From an uncultured Frankiaceae bacterium (lineage in GTDB: Bacteria > Actinomycetota > Actinomycetes > JAFAQI01), in contig CAYNDD010000001.1 of assembly GCA_964395425.1 (NCBI GenBank), positions 63-64,062 on the forward strand: a DNA stretch of 64,000 nucleotides. Reading direction: 5' to 3'. Of this stretch, positions 46,533 through 54,861 are shown one piece after another (the stretch's first letter is position 1; every line of letters starts with the position of its first letter). A program made the translations under genes and the position numbers. Under the pieces are notes generated by a model, which worked only from the letters and a program-made list of their open reading frames with translations, searched no databases and was not told the origin of the DNA.

Positions 46533-47705
46533 ATGCTCGCGATCGTCAGCTTGGGTGTCGTCGCACTCACGTTGAACTGGTTCGACATCGCCACTGCGTT
46601 CCCGCCCATCGGCGCGGAGTTCAAGGTCGGGCTCGGGTCACTGAGCTTCCTGATCTCGCTGTTCATCGTCGGTTACGGGCTCGCGCACCTACCTGCAGGC
46701 ACGCTCGCCAAGGCCATCGGGATGAAGAAGGTTCTCGTCCTCGGGTTGACGGTGCAGGGAGTCGCCGGGATCATGTCCGGGCTGTCCTACAACTTCACCG
46801 AGCTCGAGCTCTTCCGCATTCTCAGTGGAATCGGCGGTTCCCTTTTCGCCACCGTCGGCTTCTCCGCAGTCGTCGTGTGGTTCCGCGGCAAGGACGTCAC
46901 CCTCGCGCTCGGGATCTTCGGTGGCGCCGCCTTCAGCGTCGGCGCCGCCTTCGCTCTCTATGTATGGGTCTACCTGCAACGCGACACGAGCTGGCACGCA
47001 TCGTTGATCATCGCCGGCGTCATCGAGCTGGTCGTGGTGGTCGCAACGATCGTCGTTTTCCGGGTTCCGGCTGGTGCCGCTCCGCTGGGTGGCGCCCGGT
47101 TCGACCGGGCCGCCATGCGCGCGTCACTCGCAAGCAGGGACCTGTGGATCTACGGCGTCGCGCTGCTCGGGGGCTACGGCGCCTACTTCACCGTCTCTCA
47201 GCTGTTCTCCGCCTACGCCACTACCGACCGGCACTTGGACCCATCGACCGGCGGGCTGTTGTCGGCGCTGATCGTGCTCGCCGGGATCCCGGGCAGCCTG
47301 CTCGGTGGCTACTGGGCTGACCGCAGCCGCCACCTGCGCGTCTTCATCGTCGGACCCCTGATCGCGGTCGCCGCGCTGCTGGCCCTGATCCCCGCCGTGC
47401 CGACCGGTGCGCTCTGGGTCATCGGGATCGGGATCGGCTTCTTCACCATCTTCGGATTCGCCGGCTGGTCGGCGGCACCAGCTCGCGTGGCCAACATCGA
47501 ACCCGACTACATCGCCGCCGCAACCGGCCTGATGCTCACCCTGGCTGCCATCGGTGGCTTCTTCATCCCGATCATCTTCGGGCACATCGTGCCGCACCAC
47601 GGCTTCACCGCCGGCTGGATCTTCCTTGCCATCGTGTCCTTGGCGTTCGCCCTGGTTGGCCTCGCTGGCCGCAACCCGCCCGATCGGTGCAGAACCAAGG
47701 GTTGA
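46533..47705 (+). CDS. MFS transporter (12-TMS).
   Basis: Hydrophobic 12-TMS profile. Divergent from the LAL regulator gene. ATG 46533 is chosen over the long upstream ORF extension. Confidence 0.7.
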   Translation: MLAIVSLGVVALTLNWFDIATAFPPIGAEFKVGLGSLSFLISLFIVGYGLAHLPAGTLAKAIGMKKVLVLGLTVQGVAGIMSGLSYNFTELELFRILSGIGGSLFATVGFSAVVVWFRGKDVTLALGIFGGAAFSVGAAFALYVWVYLQRDTSWHASLIIAGVIELVVVVATIVVFRVPAGAAPLGGARFDRAAMRASLASRDLWIYGVALLGGYGAYFTVSQLFSAYATTDRHLDPSTGGLLSALIVLAGIPGSLLGGYWADRSRHLRVFIVGPLIAVAALLALIPAVPTGALWVIGIGIGFFTIFGFAGWSAAPARVANIEPDYIAAATGLMLTLAAIGGFFIPIIFGHIVPHHGFTAGWIFLAIVSLAFALVGLAGRNPPDRCRTKG

Positions 47706-47728
47706 CCTAGGGTCGCGCCCTGGGGACA
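47694..47728 (+). promoter_or_regulatory. Copy 2 of the 34-nt GGGTCG-direct-repeat element, ACCAAGGGTTGACCTAGGGTCGCGCCCTGGGGACA. It overlaps the last codons of the MFS gene and lies 31 nt upstream of a small ORF / DUF4260-mmpL.
   Basis: See copy 1. Includes a TTGACC hexamer. Confidence 0.5.
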
Positions 47729-47758
47729 ACAGCGGCCCAGTCCCGTTCGATGTGAGTC

Positions 47759-47965
47759 ATGGGCACATCGAACGCAACGAGCCAACCGATCAGGCTCCTG
47801 GTCGACGTCATCCGAACACCCGACGGGCGCCTCGAAGGCCGCATCTGCCCGGGCTCCTCCGACGCGGGACACGACTTTTCCGGCGTCCTCGAGTTGCTCA
47901 AGGTGCTCGAAGACCTCCTCGACGCCGACTCTGCTGCCGGTGCATCCGAAAGCCACGGAAAATGA
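47759..47965 (+). CDS. Candidate small protein (68 aa) positioned like the membrane-protein gene relative to the conserved upstream element.
   Basis: ORF only. Its stop overlaps the DUF4260 start (ATGA). Support comes from the conserved spacing to the 34-nt element. Confidence 0.25.
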   Translation: MGTSNATSQPIRLLVDVIRTPDGRLEGRICPGSSDAGHDFSGVLELLKVLEDLLDADSAAGASESHGK

Positions 47966-48348
47966 CGACCGGGCGACCGTTGTGGTGGCTTCGAGCTGAG
48001 GGTCTCGTCCTTCTTGTCACCGCGTTGGCTCTCTACGGGTCGACCCACCAGCACTGGTGGCTCGTACCCACCGCCATTCTGCTGCCCGACCTGCTGATGG
48101 CCGGCTATCTCGGCGGGACCACCGTCGGAGCGGCGGCCTACAACCTCGCTCACGCCTACCCGCTTCCGGCCGGCCTGGCATTGATCGGGATCGGCCGGCA
48201 CGAGCCGCTCGTATTGGCGCTCGGATTGATCTGGCTTGCCCACATCGGCGTGGACCGCGCCATGGGCTACGGCCTGAAGTACGACGACCACTTCCAGCAC
48301 ACCCACCTCGGCCAGATCGGCCACTCCCAGAACGAGGCGATGTCATGA
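47962..48348 (+). CDS. DUF4260 family small membrane protein.
   Basis: WWLVPTAILLPDLLMAGYLGGTTVGAAAYNLAHAYPLPAGLALIG...IWLAHIGVDRAMGYGLKYDDHFQHTHLG matches the DUF4260 signature (HIGxDRxLGYGLKY...THLG). Confidence 0.7.
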   Translation: MTTGRPLWWLRAEGLVLLVTALALYGSTHQHWWLVPTAILLPDLLMAGYLGGTTVGAAAYNLAHAYPLPAGLALIGIGRHEPLVLALGLIWLAHIGVDRAMGYGLKYDDHFQHTHLGQIGHSQNEAMS

Positions 48349-50585
48349 CCAAGACCGCGAACAACGCATCCGCGACGCCTCGCCCGACGTTTGAGGCGTG
48401 GGGCCACCTGCTGTATCACCGTCGCCGCCTCGTCCTCATCATCGCCGCGCTCGCTGTCGTGTTCGCAGGCGTGTGGGGGACCGGCGTGTTCGCCCACCTT
48501 CAGACTGCCGGCGGCTACACCGCACCGCACAGCCAGAGCCAACGTGAGGAGAGCCTCGCGACGCAGGCCTTCGGGCGCAACGGCGGCGACGTCGCGGTGC
48601 TGTACTCGAGCAAGACCTTGACGACCGCATCGCCAGCATTCAAGTCCGCGGTCACTGCGACGCTCGCCAAGCTGCCGCACGATCGGGTCGAGTCGGTGGC
48701 GACGTACTGGTCGACCGGCTCGTCGCAGTTCGTCAGCGCCAGCGGGCACCAGACGTACGCCGTGATCGAGCTCACCGGCGCCGGCGACACCGGACGCATC
48801 GCGAGCTACAACGCGATCAAGGACTCGCTGTCCGCGCCAGGGCTGACGACCCAGGTCGGCGGAGTGATCCCCACCGAGTCCGCGATCAACACCCAGGTCA
48901 GCTCCAACATCGGCCGGGCCGAAGGCCTGTCGTTGCCGATCCTGCTGATCCTCCTGCTCATCATCTTCGGCAGCCTCGCCGCCGCCAGCCTGCCGCTGGC
49001 GATCGGAATCGTGGGCATCCTCGGATCATTCACCGCTCTCCGGCTGCTCACCGAGGTGACATCCGTCTCGAACTACTCGGTCAACATCACCACCATCCTC
49101 GGGCTCGGGCTCGGAATCGACTACGGGCTGTTCATGGTCACCCGGTACCGCGAAGAGCTGCACCGACAGGCCACCGTCGAAGATGCCGTCGCCCGGACCA
49201 TCGCCACCGCCGGCCGTACCGTCGTCGTGTCCGGGATCACGGTCGCGGTCGCCCTCGGCGCGCTGATGCTGTTCCCGGAGACCTTTCTCCGGTCGATGGG
49301 CTACGGCGGAGTCGCGACCGTTCTCGTCGACATGATCGCCGCGCTGACCATCATGCCGGCGCTGCTCGCCGTGCTCGGACCCAACGTCAACGCGTTGCGG
49401 ATCCGCCGTTCGGTGCAGCGTGCACCGGTCGCTGAGCAGGAGGGCGGCTTCTACCGGCTCGCCACCCGCGTCATGCGCCGGCCGGCCGTCTACGCGGTCG
49501 TGATCGTGGTGGCGCTGCTCGCGCTCGCCGCGCCGCTGTTGCACGTCAGCTGGGGCGGCGTCGACGCCACCGCGCTTCCGGCCGGCTCGGCACCGCGGAC
49601 CGTGACCGAGGCGCTGAACCACGACTTCCCCGGCAACCCGACGGCACCAATCGAAGCCGTCGTGAGCTTCCCGGGACCGATCGCCGGCTCACCCGCCCGA
49701 ACCGCCGAGCTGACAACGTACGTCACCCGGCTCGGGAGCGTTCCCGGCGTCAGCCACGCACAGCAGACAGGCATCCACGGCAACGACGCCCGGATCGACC
49801 TCAGCTATGACGCGAGCCTCAACTCACCGGCAGCTCGCAGCCTCGTCGCCCAGGTCCGTGATGTGTCGCCACCCGCGGGAGCGACGTCGTCCGTCGGTGG
49901 CCAGACCGCCGACCTCGTCGACGAGCTGTCCAGCCTCGGACACACCCTGCCGTGGATGGCGTTGGTGGTCCTGCTGGCGACGTTCGTGATGCTGTTCCTC
50001 GCCTTCGGCTCCGTGGTGCTGCCGGTCAAGGCGATTATCATGAACCTGTTGTCGCTCTCGGCGATGTACGGCGCGATCGTGCTGATCTTCCAGGACGGAC
50101 ATCTGTCCCGCCTGCTGCACTTCACCTCCAACGGCACCATCAGCCCGACCACGCCGATCCTGATGTTCGCGATCATGTTCGGGCTCTCGATGGACTACGA
50201 GGTGTTCCTGCTGTCGCGGATCCGCGAGCGTTATGACGTCACCGGCGACAACACCGCCGCGATCGCCAGCGGTCTGCAGCGGACCGGAGGAGTCATCACC
50301 AGCGCCGCACTACTGCTCCTGATCGTGGTCGGTGCGTTCTCCGCCTCCGGTGTGACCTTCATCAAGCTGCTCGGCGTCGGCATGATCATCGCGCTGATCA
50401 TCGACGCCACCATCGTCCGGATCCTGCTCGTGCCCGCGACCATGCGGCTGCTCGGCGACAAGAACTGGTGGGCACCGAAGCCACTCCGTGGCCTGTACGC
50501 CCGGTACGGCATCCACGAGGAGAGCGAGTCCGCGCTGGCCGACGTGGACCTCACGCCGGCAGTCGCCGAGCCGCTGCCGGTCTAG
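48345..50585 (+). CDS. MMPL family (RND-superfamily) membrane transporter.
   Basis: 746 aa. Two 6-TMS bundles with intervening extracytoplasmic domains. MMPL-like GxxxDYxxF regions (GLGIDYGLFMV, GLSMDYEVFLL). ATGA overlap with the DUF4260 gene. Confidence 0.8.
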   Translation: MTKTANNASATPRPTFEAWGHLLYHRRRLVLIIAALAVVFAGVWGTGVFAHLQTAGGYTAPHSQSQREESLATQAFGRNGGDVAVLYSSKTLTTASPAFKSAVTATLAKLPHDRVESVATYWSTGSSQFVSASGHQTYAVIELTGAGDTGRIASYNAIKDSLSAPGLTTQVGGVIPTESAINTQVSSNIGRAEGLSLPILLILLLIIFGSLAAASLPLAIGIVGILGSFTALRLLTEVTSVSNYSVNITTILGLGLGIDYGLFMVTRYREELHRQATVEDAVARTIATAGRTVVVSGITVAVALGALMLFPETFLRSMGYGGVATVLVDMIAALTIMPALLAVLGPNVNALRIRRSVQRAPVAEQEGGFYRLATRVMRRPAVYAVVIVVALLALAAPLLHVSWGGVDATALPAGSAPRTVTEALNHDFPGNPTAPIEAVVSFPGPIAGSPARTAELTTYVTRLGSVPGVSHAQQTGIHGNDARIDLSYDASLNSPAARSLVAQVRDVSPPAGATSSVGGQTADLVDELSSLGHTLPWMALVVLLATFVMLFLAFGSVVLPVKAIIMNLLSLSAMYGAIVLIFQDGHLSRLLHFTSNGTISPTTPILMFAIMFGLSMDYEVFLLSRIRERYDVTGDNTAAIASGLQRTGGVITSAALLLLIVVGAFSASGVTFIKLLGVGMIIALIIDATIVRILLVPATMRLLGDKNWWAPKPLRGLYARYGIHEESESALADVDLTPAVAEPLPV

Positions 50586-50622
50586 ACACCCGATGTTCGC
50601 AGCTAAGAACCAGGAGCACGCC

Positions 50623-51582
50623 ATGAAGCTCGACACGCTCGAAGCAGTACAGCTGGGCGGGACCACACAGTGGATCCGCGTTCGTGGCACCGATGCCGCC
50701 AACCCGGTTCTGCTGCTGATCCAACAAGGCCCCGGCCTGCCGATGCTCAACGACGCCAGCCGCTTCGACCGGCTGCTGGGTCTGGAAGAAGACTTCACCG
50801 TCGTCTACTGGGACCAGCGCGGCTGCGGCCGCTCACTGCGCAGACCCCAGGACCGAACTGACATCAGTACGGAACGGATGGTGGCTGACACCATCTCCTT
50901 GCTCGAGCTTCTCCACGACCGCTACCACCGACACACCTATGTGGCCGGGTTCTCCTTCGGCGCGACCGTCGGCGCGTACGCAGCGGCCCAGCGTCCCGAC
51001 CTCGTCGCGACCCTGGTCGCGGTCGGCATGGACATCGACGGCACCGCGGCTGGCAACGCCGCCTACCACTTCGCGCTTGACACTGCCCGTGAGCGTGGCA
51101 ACCGGCGGGCGATCCGGCAGCTCGAAGCGATCGGCCCACCGCCACACCTCGACGGGAAGCAGTTCGCCACCCGGGTCCGGTGGGCGACCACCTTCGGAGG
51201 CGTCTCGACCAACGAGACATACGGCAGCCTGGTGCGCGGATTGCTCGCCAGCCTGATCCGATCCTCCGACTACTCAGCCGGTGACGTCCTGCGCACCGTG
51301 CGTGGTGTCACCGCGACACAGGCCGCGCTGCTGCCCGAACTCGCCAGCATGGACCTGGTTCGTGACCTACCCCGGATTGACGTGCCCGTGATCATGGCGC
51401 AGGGCCGGCACGACCACGTCGCGCCCGGTGACGCCGCACAGCGGTACTTCGACGCGCTCACCGCACCGAGCAAGCAGCTCGTCTGGTTCGAGAACTCAGC
51501 GCACACACCGCAACTCGAGGAACCGGAGAGGTTCCGCAACCTGCTCATGTCAGCCCGAGCCCGCCAGCTCGCCACCGCCTGA
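50623..51582 (+). CDS. Alpha/beta hydrolase (proline iminopeptidase-like).
   Basis: GFSFGA nucleophile elbow and WDQRGCGRS motif, typical of the prolyl aminopeptidase/epoxide-hydrolase-like subfamily. Confidence 0.75.
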   Translation: MKLDTLEAVQLGGTTQWIRVRGTDAANPVLLLIQQGPGLPMLNDASRFDRLLGLEEDFTVVYWDQRGCGRSLRRPQDRTDISTERMVADTISLLELLHDRYHRHTYVAGFSFGATVGAYAAAQRPDLVATLVAVGMDIDGTAAGNAAYHFALDTARERGNRRAIRQLEAIGPPPHLDGKQFATRVRWATTFGGVSTNETYGSLVRGLLASLIRSSDYSAGDVLRTVRGVTATQAALLPELASMDLVRDLPRIDVPVIMAQGRHDHVAPGDAAQRYFDALTAPSKQLVWFENSAHTPQLEEPERFRNLLMSARARQLATA

Positions 51583-51592
51583 CCCGCAGTCC

Positions 51593-51613
51593 GCTACTTC
51601 GCTACTTCGCTAC
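51593..51613. repeat. Short tandem repeat (GCTACTTC) x2.6 in the intergenic leader.
   Basis: Read directly: ccGCTACTTCGCTACTTCGCTACgcg. Confidence 0.6.
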
Positions 51614-51634
51614 GCGACCCGACGGGAACACGAC

Positions 51635-52615
51635 ATGAGCACAGGCGCAACCTGGATGCTGTACGGCGCCGCCGGCTACACCGGCGCACTCATCGCCCAA
51701 CACGCACTCGACCAGGGCCACCACCCCATACTCGCCGGACGCAACGCGTCGGCGCTGTCAGCCCTAGCGGCCAAGCTCGACGTGCCATACCGGGTCCTGA
51801 GCCTCGACGACCGAGCCGCACTCAGCCCTGCGTTTGCCGATGTGGACCTGGTTCTTAATGCTGCCGGCCCGTTCCTGCACACCGCGATGCCGCTTGCCGA
51901 GGCCTGCCTCGCCGCCGACGTGCACTACCTCGATATCAGCAATGAGCTTCAAGTCTTCCGCGCCCTCTACGACCTCAACCCGCGCGCCCAGAACGCCGGC
52001 GTCGCGATCATCCCTGGCGTCGGGTTCGGTGTTGTCGCCACCAACTGTCTCGCACGCTACGTCAGTGACGCCGTCGGCGGCGCGACGCACCTCGAGGTCG
52101 CGAGCAAAGCCGCGACAGCAGAAGCTGGGCCGGGTGTCGCCGCCACGAGGCAAGTGAGTCTCCCGTTCGGTGGCTGGGTTCGCCGCAACGGTGGGCTCGA
52201 GGCGCTTGCGCTCGGATCAGGCATCACCGCGATCAGCCTGCCGGACGGAACGTGCACGGTGATGCCACTGCCCACCGGTGACCTGGAGGCCGCCTTCCAC
52301 GCCACCGAGGCGCCCAACATCACCGCATACGCGGCCATCCCCACCGCTGACGAACCGCAGAGTCTCCGGTCACATGGCTGGGCACGAGCCACCAGTGCCG
52401 ACGGCGCGACCGCCCAAGCCTGGCTCGAGACCGGTGAGTCGTACGCCTTCACCGCGGCCGCCAGCGTCCGCGCTGTCGAGGAGACGTTGAGCCGGTCGTT
52501 GCGTGGATCGTTCAGCCCCGCCGCAGCATTCGGTGCCGAGTTCGCGTTCACCATCGACCACACAACCCGGATCGAAGCACTCGCCGCACAGCCCGTGCTG
52601 ACGACCGGGATCTAA
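51635..52615 (+). CDS. Saccharopine dehydrogenase NADP-binding domain protein (enoyl-reductase-like).
   Basis: N-terminal WMLYGAAGYTGALIAQHA Rossmann motif. Confidence 0.7.
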   Translation: MSTGATWMLYGAAGYTGALIAQHALDQGHHPILAGRNASALSALAAKLDVPYRVLSLDDRAALSPAFADVDLVLNAAGPFLHTAMPLAEACLAADVHYLDISNELQVFRALYDLNPRAQNAGVAIIPGVGFGVVATNCLARYVSDAVGGATHLEVASKAATAEAGPGVAATRQVSLPFGGWVRRNGGLEALALGSGITAISLPDGTCTVMPLPTGDLEAAFHATEAPNITAYAAIPTADEPQSLRSHGWARATSADGATAQAWLETGESYAFTAAASVRAVEETLSRSLRGSFSPAAAFGAEFAFTIDHTTRIEALAAQPVLTTGI

Positions 52616-52655
52616 GACCCCGAAACCACAAGCCTCAACAAGGAAGGCACACATC

Positions 52656-53612
52656 ATGTCGCACGTCATCGTGGGAGCAGGAACCGTCGGTCAGGCGACC
52701 GCACTGGTTCTCGCCGACCAAGGACACCAGGTTCGTCTCCTCTCACGTCGAGGACAAGGTCCCGACCACCCCGGCATCGAGAACCTGGCAGTCGACGCCA
52801 CCGATGCCGACGCCTTGACGCACGCGAGTGAGGGCGCGGCTGCTCTCTATAACTGTGCGAGCCCGCGTTCATACGCGCAGTGGGCGAGCGAGTGGCCGCC
52901 GATGGCCGCCGGAATCCTCGCTGCCGCCGAACGATCCGGAGCAGTGCTCGTCACGCTGTCCAACCTCTACAGCTACGGGCCGGTCGATGCACCGATGACC
53001 GAGGACATGCCAGCCGCATCGACAGGGAAGAAGGGCCGCATCCGCGCCGGCATGTGGACCGACGCTTACGCCGCCCACCAGGCAGGACGGATCCATGCCG
53101 CCGAAGCCCGGGCGTCGGACTACTTCGGCCCCGGGTTCACCGACACCGCCACCATGGGCAGTCGCACCGTGCCCCTCGTTCTGAGCGGTCGAACCGTCCG
53201 GGTGATCGGCGACCCAGACCTTCCTCACACCTGGACCTACGTCGACGACGTCGCGAGCACCCTGGCCACGCTCGGCAGCAACGAAAGGGCCTGGGGCAAG
53301 ATCTGGCACGTGCCGAGCGGCCCGCCGCGCAGCCAGCGCGAGATGATCACTGCGTTCGCCGAGGCCGCTGGAGTAGCGACCCCCAAGGTGAGCACCATCC
53401 CAAACTGGTCGATGCGCGCGATTGGCCTGATCTCACCCGTCGTGCGTGAGCTCGGTGAGGTGCGCTATCAGTTCACGGCACCGTTCGTCATGGATTCCTC
53501 CGCGTTCACCACAGCCTTCGGCCTCGACGCCACACCGCTCGACGAGGCCGCGGCAGCTACCGTCGCCTGGTGGCAAGACCGCAGCCGGACCCGTCCAGCA
53601 GTGGCGGCATGA
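52656..53612 (+). CDS. NAD-dependent epimerase/dehydratase family protein.
   Basis: VIVGAGTVGQATALVLADQGHQVRLLSRR N-terminal Rossmann fold. Extended-SDR architecture. Confidence 0.75.
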   Translation: MSHVIVGAGTVGQATALVLADQGHQVRLLSRRGQGPDHPGIENLAVDATDADALTHASEGAAALYNCASPRSYAQWASEWPPMAAGILAAAERSGAVLVTLSNLYSYGPVDAPMTEDMPAASTGKKGRIRAGMWTDAYAAHQAGRIHAAEARASDYFGPGFTDTATMGSRTVPLVLSGRTVRVIGDPDLPHTWTYVDDVASTLATLGSNERAWGKIWHVPSGPPRSQREMITAFAEAAGVATPKVSTIPNWSMRAIGLISPVVRELGEVRYQFTAPFVMDSSAFTTAFGLDATPLDEAAAATVAWWQDRSRTRPAVAA

Positions 53613-54340
53613 CCACAAAGCCAGTGCTTTCCAGTAGCTCGCGAACGATCGGAATGATCGGAGGCATGAGCTGGGAAAGCACCGCGGAGTACTACCGCCT
53701 CGCCAACGTCCTGACCCGCGAACGACTCGGCGGCCTGCATTCAGCTCGGATCGTGCTCGACTCCGTGGACTTCGCGGACATCGAAGCACTTCAAGCCTCC
53801 GGCCAATGGGACGAGGCCGGCCAGGTCTTGGCCGGGGCAGCACAACGCCTCGAGGCCGCCGGCGCTGACCTACTACTGATCTTCACCAACACCATGCACA
53901 TCGCAGCCGAGCAGGTGCAGGCCGCGGTTGGCATCCCGCTCCTTCACATCGCCGACGTCGCAGCATCCGCGGTGACCTCGGCTGGTCTCACGACAGTGGG
54001 ACTGCTCGGCACGGCGTTCACGATGGAGCAAACGTCATACCGCGACCGGATCGAAAGTCACGGACTGAAGCTGCTCGTCCCACCCGACGACGATCGTGCA
54101 GCCGTCCACCGCATCATCTACGACGAACTCTGCCTGGGAGTACTACGAGACGAATCCCGCCAGCTCTATCGGGACGTCATCGGTCGCCTGATCGCCGCCG
54201 GCGCGCAGGGCATCATCCTCGGTTGCACCGAGATCGAACTTCTCATCTCCGACGCGGACAGTGCTGTTCCGACCTTCCCCACGACGCGTCTCCACGTCAT
54301 GGCCGCCCTCGACGCTGCGCTCGCAACCGATGAAACATGA
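53609..54340 (+). CDS. Aspartate/glutamate/hydantoin racemase family protein.
   Basis: IGMIGGMSWESTAEYYR, LIFTNTMH and ILGCTEIELL motifs (Asp/Glu racemase two-Cys type). ATGA overlap with the epimerase gene. Confidence 0.8.
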   Translation: MTTKPVLSSSSRTIGMIGGMSWESTAEYYRLANVLTRERLGGLHSARIVLDSVDFADIEALQASGQWDEAGQVLAGAAQRLEAAGADLLLIFTNTMHIAAEQVQAAVGIPLLHIADVAASAVTSAGLTTVGLLGTAFTMEQTSYRDRIESHGLKLLVPPDDDRAAVHRIIYDELCLGVLRDESRQLYRDVIGRLIAAGAQGIILGCTEIELLISDADSAVPTFPTTRLHVMAALDAALATDET

Positions 54341-54639
54341 GACGACCAGACGGCCGCGCACGGTAGCGAACCCGCCGACAGGACGTTGCCTGCATGCACA
54401 TTTCGGAGACCCGCAGGGTTCCGTGGGCGCGCACGCGGCCAACTACCGCTCCCGCCTCCGTGGGCAATTGCGCAGGTTTACGAATGGAACGCCACGGCGC
54501 TGACCTGGGAAAACGTGTGCGGCCGAGCGCGCGAGCGCCGAGATTCGCGGATCAGCTGCGGGAAGGCTGTGGGAAGACCAGCTTCCGAAATGATCTTCGT
54601 TCAATCCAACAACCGGCTTTGACCTGCGGTTTCACAAAG

Positions 54640-54711
54640 TGCCCCCGGCAGGATTCGAACCTGCGCCACCGCCTCCGGAGGGCGGTGCTCTATCCCCTGA
54701 GCTACGGGGGC
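54640..54711 (-). tRNA. tRNA-Arg (anticodon CCG).
   Basis: Reverse complement reads GCCCCCGTAGCTCAGGGGATAGAGCACCGCCCTCCGGAGGCGGTGGCGCAGGTTCGAATCCTGCCGGGGGCA. Cloverleaf has a 7-bp acceptor, D-arm, anticodon loop CTCCGGA (CCG), and GGTTCGAATCC T-arm. No encoded CCA. Confidence 0.85.
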
Positions 54712-54861
54712 GGGGACCCGCCGAGGTTAGCAGCGGTACGCCGCCGGATGCGGGAAGGGACGGCGCCGCCGGATCGAGATCCGGAGTAGACGTTCCGGTT
54801 CGTAATAGGCTTCGCGGGAAGCGGAGCCGACACTCCGGTTAAGCGGTCAGGGGGACCGACG

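Noticed and set aside
54340-54640. Possible att site or direct repeat of the tRNA-Arg 3' end, which would define island borders.
   Set aside because: I searched by eye for GGATTCGAACCTGC-like repeats near 40,000-40,200 and elsewhere on the island and found none. The island boundary therefore rests on gene content, not on repeats.
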